Notes under the pieces: model-generated
Databases searched by the model: none
What the model saw: the letters and a program-made list of their open reading frames with translations, nothing else
Told to the model about the DNA's origin: nothing
Translations under genes and position numbers: made by a program
From: Candidatus Methanomethylophilaceae archaeon
GTDB lineage: Archaea; Thermoplasmatota; Thermoplasmata; Methanomassiliicoccales; Methanomethylophilaceae
Direction of reading: 5' to 3'
Assembly (NCBI GenBank): GCA_035271165.1
Contig: DATERX010000028.1
Coordinates: 1-64,000 of the forward strand
DNA length: 64,000 nucleotides
In this document: piece by piece, positions 57,090 through 64,000 of the stretch
Layout: the number at the start of each line of letters is the position of its first letter
Position numbering within the stretch: position 1 is the stretch's first letter

Positions 57090-57626
57090 TCACAGGTCGA
57101 ATCCCATCTCCGATATCCTGAGACGGGGCCTCTGACCTTCCAGATAGCTATAGACGCTGGAGTGCTCGCTTCCGTTGACTATCATCTCCACGGCGTGTTT
57201 GGCCACAGGTAGACTGATGGAGTTACCGATAAGGCCTACGGTGTTCCCGTAGACTATCATGTCACATAACGTAAGGTCCTCGATGATTTCCTTGGTCTTT
57301 CCGCCCCTTCCGATCAACCTTCCCCTTACTCGACTCATCTGTTTGTCGGCGACCGATTCCTTAAGATCTATAATCTCCAGATACTCATCATCATCCAGTA
57401 GGCGTAGGGCATCTTCCGGGTTGAACCCTCTGCCTATCGCCCTGACGACCTCTACGAGTTTCAGTGCCATCAGTGGGTCATCCGTCTTCTCATCATCGAT
57501 TGTGACCGTACCGTCCTTTGAGATTCTCATGGGCAGCCCAGATACTTTCTGGAGCATCTTCTTCGTCTCGCCCGATTTTCCTATGAGCACGCCGATCCTA
57601 TCGACTGTAATCCTAACAACCCTCAT
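57090..57626 (-). CDS. KH-domain RNA-binding protein (Dim2/Pno1-like)
   Basis: Two KH GxxG motifs (IGKSGET, IGRGGKT). Confidence 0.7.
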   Translation of the reverse strand: MRVVRITVDRIGVLIGKSGETKKMLQKVSGLPMRISKDGTVTIDDEKTDDPLMALKLVEVVRAIGRGFNPEDALRLLDDDEYLEIIDLKESVADKQMSRVRGRLIGRGGKTKEIIEDLTLCDMIVYGNTVGLIGNSISLPVAKHAVEMIVNGSEHSSVYSYLEGQRPRLRISEMGFDL

Positions 57627-58414
57627 TCCTCTTCCTCCTCTTTTTCTGTGCTCAAGGTCTCTTCCATAATAATTTCCGGTGCGATCAGATCCGCCCCACG
57701 GTTGCCGAAGAACCGGTTCACATTTTTAATATCGCGTTCCAGAAGCTCCCTCGCCCCATAGGATTCGACGGTCATCGCCTGTCCACAGTCGATCAGCACG
57801 GGACCATCCTCGGGCATAAGTACATTATATTCGCTCAGATCCCCGTGGACCAGACGTGCGTCCCTCCATCCGTCGATTATGAATGATACGATCTCGTCGT
57901 AAGTATCGTTCGGATCATCCAGTTCCACATCCTTGAGCTGGGGGGCGGGTCCGTTCTCGTCACCTATGAACTCTTCGACCAGGCAGTTTTTGCTGTAGGC
58001 TATAGGTTCCGGTACCGGTATCCCCGCATCATAATATCGGTACAGATTCTTGAACTCCTTCTGGGTCCAGGCGTATATCATCTTGACACGGTTCCTGGAG
58101 GTCCCCTTGAACCTGGGATCCCCGTCGATGTACCTGGCCATCCCTTTAAACGTTGCCGTGGCGGTTCTGAAAATTTTAAGTGCGAGAGGTCCGCCATCTG
58201 GATCCTCAGCATAGAAGACGTTACCCTCCTTGCCTGTGGATATGGGATATTGTACCGTATCGACTATACCGGAGGTCATGAACTCGTAAAGAGTCATCAG
58301 GGTCCTTTTATCGAAGACCTGCTCCTCAGTCTGTCTCTCGTCACCTGTCCTATCAGTCTTTAACGCGTCGACATGTTTCTCCATATAGGAGTAGATCTCA
58401 TCATAGGAGGACAT
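57623..58414 (-). CDS. rio1: RIO-type serine/threonine kinase (Rio1)
   Basis: STGKEGNVF flexible loop, catalytic LVHGDLSEYNVL; 4-nt overlap with the KH-domain gene. Confidence 0.8.
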   Translation of the reverse strand: MSSYDEIYSYMEKHVDALKTDRTGDERQTEEQVFDKRTLMTLYEFMTSGIVDTVQYPISTGKEGNVFYAEDPDGGPLALKIFRTATATFKGMARYIDGDPRFKGTSRNRVKMIYAWTQKEFKNLYRYYDAGIPVPEPIAYSKNCLVEEFIGDENGPAPQLKDVELDDPNDTYDEIVSFIIDGWRDARLVHGDLSEYNVLMPEDGPVLIDCGQAMTVESYGARELLERDIKNVNRFFGNRGADLIAPEIIMEETLSTEKEEEEE

Positions 58415-58426
58415 GTCACATCAGCC

Positions 58427-58753
58427 TCAGAATATGTCGATGGACTTAGGGACCCTGTTCCTCTTGCTGAGGTTGTTGGCCTGCGTCCTTGTGTATCTGA
58501 ACTTAATGTCGCACTTATCGGGCTGGAAGTCCCAAATAGATACGATAAGAAGGTCGCCTTCTCTTATCCACATTCGTTTTTTGATCTTGCCCGGAATGCG
58601 TCCCAGCCGGGATACGCCGTCCTCGCACATGACCCGGATCTTGGAAGCGCCCAAGAGCTGGTCCGCTATTCCGAACATCTCTCCCTCTTTTATGTTGGGC
58701 ATGCGTATACGGGATACGTCTTCCTCACCGGTGATCGGTCCTTTCTCTGCCAT
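58427..58753 (-). CDS. eif1a: Translation initiation factor aIF-1A
   Basis: OB-fold S1-like region (GEMFGIADQLLGASKIRVMCEDG...); 108 aa. Confidence 0.85.
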   Translation of the reverse strand: MAEKGPITGEEDVSRIRMPNIKEGEMFGIADQLLGASKIRVMCEDGVSRLGRIPGKIKKRMWIREGDLLIVSIWDFQPDKCDIKFRYTRTQANNLSKRNRVPKSIDIF

Positions 58754-58871
58754 ACCCGTCTTATGTTCACAGACTTATATTAATAATCTCTCATTAGGGG
58801 GTATTAAGAGCGCTGAAACAGTCAGTTCATACGCAAACTATTTTAATCATCCTCAAATATGGACGCAGTAC

Positions 58872-58947
58872 GCTCCGGTAGTGTAGCGGCCAATCATTCG
58901 GCCCTTTCGAGGCCGACACTCGGGTTCGAATCCCGACCGGAGCACCA
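58872..58947 (+). tRNA. tRNA-Glu(TTC)
   Basis: Acceptor GCTCCGG/CCGGAGC, anticodon stem CGGCC/GGCCG with loop CTTTCGA, T-arm TCGGG-TTCGAAT-CCCGA, CCA encoded. Confidence 0.8.
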
Positions 58948-58952
58948 TTCTT

Positions 58953-60089
58953 TTATGACCTGTAATCGTTTTGAGAAGCGGACCTGAATCCAAGTATTCG
59001 TTTTCTGTAGGCAGAGCTCTTCTCAGCAATCTCGTTCACGTTGTCCCTATCGACTATGAACACTTCCGGGAGCTTGCGCGAGTTCACCTTGAGCATAGCA
59101 TTCACGAGATGGGGGTCCGAGAAGGTCCGCTCCTTGAGGTATTTCCTGTTCCAGTTCTCCACAAGATCGGTAACGGCCTCTATGCCGCTGTTGTAGAATT
59201 CCTGTAGAAGAACACCGGCGACGGTACAATCGTTCGATAGTACGGCGATGGTGCTTCCGCGTACTGCGAAGTCGTCCCCGTTGAACGATATGGACAGACC
59301 ACCGCTCTCGTTGACCAATTCCATCGCCTGATAGTCCGAGGCATGACTTCCGACGTATGCGGTCCCGTCGAGGTCTATCGAGGTCCTTCTTCTGATTTCC
59401 AAAAGGGTGTATGCCTTCTCGTTGGATCCGATCGACGACATGGAACGCATCATGGCCTGTGTCGATTCCAGGGACTTCATGTCCTCGACGACCTTGTCCA
59501 TGATCTTCAGAACCCTCACGTCCAGAGGGTCCAGTTCCATAGGCACGTTGAGCGGGTATTCTGTCCTCGGTAGCCTGAGGGAGGTGATATCGGAGGCCAG
59601 GTCCCTCAGGATACGACCCTCCGGTCTCGTCATGTCCTCGGAATCGAGGCTCAGATCGGTGTATGAGATGTTGCCCATCGGGATCCCGAGGGCGTCGCAT
59701 ATGTTCATGACGTCATGTTCGTAAAGTCCAGTCGTGATGAAGCCAGGCATCACGTTCATCGCATGACGGATCGTGTGCCCCGCCTCCGGCATCAGCTCCA
59801 AGGATTCGGCACTGGTGTTATGGACTTGTAAATCGCTGGCACCGAAAGCCTTCAGGAAGGGGGCAATGATCTTTATCAGGTTCCCTGAACGTCCCTCCTC
59901 ACGGCTGAGGACGTAAGCGCATAACGAATCGTATCGTGAGACTATATCGTAGAAATGTCCGCCGTTGCGTATGAAACGGTCACAGATGTCCCGGGTTCCG
60001 TTGTTCCTCGTAAGGAATCCCCAGCAACTACATATGAATTGTTTGTCGCTTACGAAACCTAGCTCGTCCAATGTATCGAATTCCGCCAT
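58953..60089 (-). CDS. Uncharacterised 378-aa protein
   Basis: No family recognised by eye; contains DLDGT and NGDDF HAD-like fragments ~35 aa apart. Lies 5' of the purN-like gene. Confidence 0.35.
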   Translation of the reverse strand: MAEFDTLDELGFVSDKQFICSCWGFLTRNNGTRDICDRFIRNGGHFYDIVSRYDSLCAYVLSREEGRSGNLIKIIAPFLKAFGASDLQVHNTSAESLELMPEAGHTIRHAMNVMPGFITTGLYEHDVMNICDALGIPMGNISYTDLSLDSEDMTRPEGRILRDLASDITSLRLPRTEYPLNVPMELDPLDVRVLKIMDKVVEDMKSLESTQAMMRSMSSIGSNEKAYTLLEIRRRTSIDLDGTAYVGSHASDYQAMELVNESGGLSISFNGDDFAVRGSTIAVLSNDCTVAGVLLQEFYNSGIEAVTDLVENWNRKYLKERTFSDPHLVNAMLKVNSRKLPEVFIVDRDNVNEIAEKSSAYRKRILGFRSASQNDYRS

Positions 60090-60093
60090 TGTG

Positions 60094-60915
60094 TCACCTT
60101 AAGGAAGCATCAACCTCTTTAGTGAGGTCGTACGGTCCTTCAAGTCTCTTTGGACCATTGTACAGAGTCTTATCCCTTATGGATACCTTTCCTTGGGCAA
60201 ACGCCCTTATCGTGGAGACTACCAGCGGCAGCTCCCTCCTTGCACCTTCGGCCCTTATCTTCTTGAACAGGGGTTCCTCGGTGTTCTCTGTCTTCTTGAT
60301 GTTTTCAAAACCCTTTGCCTTGACCTTGTCGGAGAATTCATGCCATAGTGCATCATATTTCGGCCCTTTGAGTGGGAATTCACAATACGTCACAGGAGAT
60401 CCCCTATCCCATTCTTCTGTGGTCAGATGCATCATGCATCCCTGTTTGTCCGCACGGTGTTCCAAAAGCTCCCATATGACTTGTTCCCAGGTTCCCTTAG
60501 GTCCGTCTGGAAGGGCAGGATGTAGATTCAGTAGATTATAGGCTTCACAAGTCGCGTCGTCCATCCAAAGCATGTATCCGGCGAGTATACCGATGTCGAA
60601 GTCATAGATGCCCGTCTTCTCCCTGAGGACATTCCCGTATTCGATTCTCCAGCTTGCCTCGTCCTCATTCCTCAGCCCTGGTCTGAACTTCTTCCAAGAG
60701 CTGGTAATCAAAGGTATATTGTAACTGTGGACCAGGTCGAAGAACATGCTCCTCTGATCCTTTCTGGGATTGTCTTCTTCGGTATTGTCCCAATTGCAGA
60801 ACACGAAAACAATCTCGATGTCCAATTCTCCTTTGGCCTTCTCATCCATGACGGCTTTCAAGAGATTTCTGGAGCCGGGGCCCCTGCCTGTCGAGAACCA
60901 GCCTATTCGTAGCAT
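60094..60915 (-). CDS. Formyltransferase, PurN (GAR transformylase)-like
   Basis: Formyl-transferase core NLHPALPDGPKG...GCMMHLTTEEWDRGSPV (PurN LNIHPSLLP...GCTVH...D.GPI); 273 aa, longer than the canonical PurN. Confidence 0.65.
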   Translation of the reverse strand: MLRIGWFSTGRGPGSRNLLKAVMDEKAKGELDIEIVFVFCNWDNTEEDNPRKDQRSMFFDLVHSYNIPLITSSWKKFRPGLRNEDEASWRIEYGNVLREKTGIYDFDIGILAGYMLWMDDATCEAYNLLNLHPALPDGPKGTWEQVIWELLEHRADKQGCMMHLTTEEWDRGSPVTYCEFPLKGPKYDALWHEFSDKVKAKGFENIKKTENTEEPLFKKIRAEGARRELPLVVSTIRAFAQGKVSIRDKTLYNGPKRLEGPYDLTKEVDASLR

Positions 60916-60944
60916 CAGGCTTGTACCTCAATCTGTGTATTTTA

Positions 60945-61403
60945 TTATATGTCGAAAAGCACGGTGACACTAGGCTCCTCCTCATCCACCGTTAGCATGT
61001 GATATGTCACAGCTTTGACTTCTGTCCGGGCCTTGTGGCGTTCCAGGTCCAATATCTCGCCTTTGGCGTCGCATATGACCTTGTCACCTTCGAATCTCAC
61101 CTTGAACTCACACAGGATCATGAACTCCGTCTGTTCCAAAAACAACAGTTCAGATAGGAAATTATACAGACGATGTTCCGAGGTATCCCCCTTCGCCTCG
61201 ACATGCACGTCCTCCTTCGCCGAGACTCCTTTGAGGTCCACGGTCTGGTCGAATAATGCGTACGCGGCGTTGGCGAAACATTCCTCCAGAGTGTCACCTG
61301 TACATCTGACAAAGGCGTCCGCGGTGTGTTCAAGTCTCTCGTACGAATGCACAATTGTGCTATATCCGTCAAGGTTAAAGGACTCATCGGAACGTTTTAT
61401 CAA
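60945..61403 (-). CDS. Archease (RtcB tRNA-ligase cofactor)
   Basis: YERLEHTADAFV motif; ~150 aa. Confidence 0.8.
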   Translation of the reverse strand: MIKRSDESFNLDGYSTIVHSYERLEHTADAFVRCTGDTLEECFANAAYALFDQTVDLKGVSAKEDVHVEAKGDTSEHRLYNFLSELLFLEQTEFMILCEFKVRFEGDKVICDAKGEILDLERHKARTEVKAVTYHMLTVDEEEPSVTVLFDI

Positions 61404-61529
61404 GGTATTTATTTCGATTTTCGAATTTTTATTGCGAAAGTCGTATTATTTGACGTCAATATTTCGAAACGTGGAATATCGGACGGTCTATGCGTAAGTT
61501 CTTAATACCTCTTTATAATTGCCTGATTC

Positions 61530-62336
61530 ATGAGGATCATAGTGATCGGATGCGGGTCGATAGGCACGGCCCTGGCTTTAGCGGCAGACCGTCTGCCCGA
61601 GGTAAAGAACGTATATCTTTTTGATACCAAACCAGAAGCATCCAAATTAGTCTCATCAGTGATGGCAAAGGGAACAGTCATAGATTCCGTAGAAGAGGAA
61701 CTATATCACGCCGACATGGTCATAGAGGCAGCATCCCAGGATGCCGCCAGGGAATATCTGCCCATTGTCATCGAGAGAGGCGTGAGCATGATGGTAATGT
61801 CCGTTGGGGCATTGGTGGATGATGAATTCAGGAGAGAGATCTTTGAAAAGGCATCCACAACCGAATCATGCATCTACATACCATCGGGCGCTCTCTGTGG
61901 TCTCGATGGACTGAGGGCCGCCACGGAGAGTGGCGTGGATTACGTGGAACTGATCACTATCAAGAACCCGAAGAGCATAGAGGACGTTCAATACGTTCTG
62001 GACAAGGGTATAGTCGTCGACGATCTGACCGAGAGGACCGAGGTTTATCGCGGTACGGCCAGGGAAGCAGTCAAACTGTTCCCTAAGAACATCAACGTCG
62101 CAGCGACCGTCAGTATATTCGGTATCGGATTCGATAACACCATGGTGACCATCATAGTCGACCCGGGAACCACTAGCAACTCCCACGAGCTAAGGTATGG
62201 CGGAGACTTCGGAGAGGCGGTCTGCCATACGTACAACGTACCTTCACCGCTCAATCCCAGGACCTCGCACCTTTCCGCCCTGTCGGCGACCCAGGCCCTT
62301 AAGAGCCTCGTCAAGAACATCTGGATTGCGATTTGA
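61530..62336 (+). CDS. nadX: L-aspartate dehydrogenase NadX
   Basis: Rossmann N-terminus MRIIVIGCGSIG, DUF108/AspDH C-terminal domain; 268 aa. Confidence 0.75.
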   Translation: MRIIVIGCGSIGTALALAADRLPEVKNVYLFDTKPEASKLVSSVMAKGTVIDSVEEELYHADMVIEAASQDAAREYLPIVIERGVSMMVMSVGALVDDEFRREIFEKASTTESCIYIPSGALCGLDGLRAATESGVDYVELITIKNPKSIEDVQYVLDKGIVVDDLTERTEVYRGTAREAVKLFPKNINVAATVSIFGIGFDNTMVTIIVDPGTTSNSHELRYGGDFGEAVCHTYNVPSPLNPRTSHLSALSATQALKSLVKNIWIAI

Positions 62337-62371
62337 GAACCTATTCATAGGTCTGCACACATCAACGAGGC

Positions 62372-63454
62372 ATGAATCCGTCCAGAGCAGAGAGGCTTTT
62401 TTCAAACGTGTCCGACATGGATGCGGTGGTGATCTTGAACGGTCAGGCACCATTCCTTGATACCACTTACTGGTATCTCACCGAACAGACGTCCGGGACA
62501 TTCGAAGGCGGGATCGCCGTCGTAAGGGACGGGAAGCTGGATGTGATAGTCAGCCCCCTGGAGGCCGAGGGAGCCAGGAACGGCGAGGGGACGATCCACG
62601 AATATGAGGGTCGTGAACACAGGAATGAACTTCTCAGGAAACTCCTCAACGGATGCAAGCGCGTCGGATTTAACATCGATAATGTCACCTACTCAGGAGT
62701 GGAATTTGTACGCAAGATAGCGGATATCGAGGTCGTGGATGCTTCTGGAAGCATAAGCAAAACAATGTCCGTCAAGGATGAGAAGGAGATAGGGGCGATA
62801 AGGAAGGCCTGTAAGATATCTTCAAAGGTCGCGGAGGAGATCCCGGGGATGCTGAATGAGGGCATCACCGAGAAGGAGGCTGCCAATCTACTCGATGGAA
62901 GAATGAGGGAACTCGGAGGAGAAGGTAACGCGTTCGAAACGATAGCGGCCTTCGGACCGAACGCCTCGATGCCACATCATTCGCCGACTTACAGAAAGCT
63001 CGAAAAGGGCGATACCGCACTGTTCGACTTCGGTACCAAGTATTCGATGTACTGCTCCGACACCACACGCACCGTGTTCTTCGGGGAACCCTCGGATGTT
63101 CTAAAGAGAGCATACGAGACCGTGAAGGAGGCCCAGGAAGTGGGATTCCAATGCTACAGGGACGGAGCCCCCGCCTCGGAGGCGGATATAGAGGCCCGTA
63201 AGATAATAGACGCGGGGGAGTTCAAAGGCAGGATGATACACACATTCGGCCACGGCCTGGGAATGAACATCCACGAAGGGATATCGATCTACAGTAAATC
63301 GCAACAGACGCTCCGTGAAGGTAACGTGATCTCCGCCGAACCCGGGATATATCTCCCAGGAGTCGGAGGAATACGCATAGAGGACACATGTCTTGTGAAA
63401 AAGAACGGTGCGGAAAGACTGACGTCCTTCGATCGTTCATTGACGATTGTCTGA
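62372..63454 (+). CDS. M24-family Xaa-Pro aminopeptidase/dipeptidase
   Basis: Pita-bread fold metal ligands (HGLGMNIHE, GGIRIED); creatinase-like N-domain. Confidence 0.8.
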   Translation: MNPSRAERLFSNVSDMDAVVILNGQAPFLDTTYWYLTEQTSGTFEGGIAVVRDGKLDVIVSPLEAEGARNGEGTIHEYEGREHRNELLRKLLNGCKRVGFNIDNVTYSGVEFVRKIADIEVVDASGSISKTMSVKDEKEIGAIRKACKISSKVAEEIPGMLNEGITEKEAANLLDGRMRELGGEGNAFETIAAFGPNASMPHHSPTYRKLEKGDTALFDFGTKYSMYCSDTTRTVFFGEPSDVLKRAYETVKEAQEVGFQCYRDGAPASEADIEARKIIDAGEFKGRMIHTFGHGLGMNIHEGISIYSKSQQTLREGNVISAEPGIYLPGVGGIRIEDTCLVKKNGAERLTSFDRSLTIV

Positions 63455-63832
63455 TCAGAACGCCTTATCCATCAGTATGCGCTGTCTGTCGCCGGCATCA
63501 TCCAGACCTTCACATTCATCCATCCTACCTATTCTGATGACAGGATGGGGTGATATCGGCCTACTGTCATCGCCACTGAGCGGTGTCGGACCATAGAATA
63601 TACAAAGCGCCCGGGGACCCGGCCACCAACATACGTCACCTTTCTCGACATCGGTGACGCGTTCCATGCCCTCCACATCGGGGTTTATGGGCATTTCGAA
63701 ATAGATCTCGCCGCCGATCATATTGATCACAGGCTTAAAAGGTAAAGAAAGCCAGATGGCGTTGGAAACGTCAGAATCGTCCAGTTCAGCGAAGAATTCC
63801 CCGCTCCTTGTAACGATCTTGAACCTGCTCAC
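63455..63832 (-). CDS. Cyclophilin-like superfamily protein (PF04126-type)
   Basis: GEIYFE...GDVCWWPGPRALCIFYG matches the cyclophilin-like family signature; 125 aa. Confidence 0.6.
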   Translation of the reverse strand: MSRFKIVTRSGEFFAELDDSDVSNAIWLSLPFKPVINMIGGEIYFEMPINPDVEGMERVTDVEKGDVCWWPGPRALCIFYGPTPLSGDDSRPISPHPVIRIGRMDECEGLDDAGDRQRILMDKAF

Positions 63833-63855
63833 AACACCACCCGGCCCGAATAGAT

Positions 63856-64000
63856 TTAGTTCTTCCTTTCGAAGAGTTTTCTGATATCCCTTCCGGTCAC
63901 TTCGATCTGGAGGGATTTCTCCTTCTCTTCCATGTCCTTCAGATCCTTCAGGTCATTCGCCCACTCGCCGGTCCATTCATCCCTGAACTTACCGGATTCG
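63856..64000 (-). CDS. 3' end of a minus-strand gene truncated by the window edge
   Basis: Open frame into the window end; C-terminus ...EWANDLKDLKDMEEKEKSLQIEVTGRDIRKLFERKN*. Confidence 0.4.
   Translation of the reverse strand, partial: ESGKFRDEWTGEWANDLKDLKDMEEKEKSLQIEVTGRDIRKLFERKN

Noticed and set aside
1-64000. CRISPR arrays, rRNA genes, IS elements, transposases, integrases
   Set aside because: No direct-repeat/spacer periodicity, no rRNA-like segments, and no DDE/tyrosine-recombinase-like ORFs were seen in any frame.

Overview
Dense archaeal chromosomal segment, about 52% GC by eye, coding on both strands with short or overlapping gene junctions. It is mostly housekeeping: thermosome plus a bacterial-type GrpE-DnaK-DnaJ block, GatD/GatE, PurD, TruA, ThyX, ProA/ProB, Kae1, fibrillarin, family-B DNA polymerase, KsgA, Pus10, aIF-1A, a RIO kinase, archease, NadX, ribosomal proteins S17e/S15/L15e/L21e, Rpo4, HypB/HypE, and seven tRNA genes. 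The gene content suggests a euryarchaeon, possibly Thermoplasmata-like, but that is a low-confidence inference. The stand-out locus is a tightly packed five-gene minus-strand operon at 23356-27888, flanked by the two longest palindrome-rich AT-rich spacers in the window. It encodes a YdjI-type SPFH protein with two C-terminal zinc ribbons, a coiled-coil protein, a 4-TM protein, a 512-aa protein with an N-terminal zinc ribbon, and a 312-aa helical protein with a zinc ribbon. I can assign none of the five to a characterised archaeal system; it is my candidate for an undescribed membrane-associated module. It sits just downstream of tRNA-Arg and a decayed, frameshifted vsr endonuclease gene. Other notable items: a decayed duplicate of the proA 3' end in the proA-proB spacer; a phosphohexomutase-family protein in which all four catalytic motifs are degenerate; a ThiI-like THUMP protein with a degenerate PP-loop; an IMPase::NAD-kinase fusion followed by a JAMM protease; and a tRNA with an ambiguous cloverleaf abutting an NFACT/Rqc2 gene. 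No CRISPR array, rRNA, transposase or integrase was seen. All family assignments are by eye from the translations; self-derived coordinates may be off by 1-2 nt.
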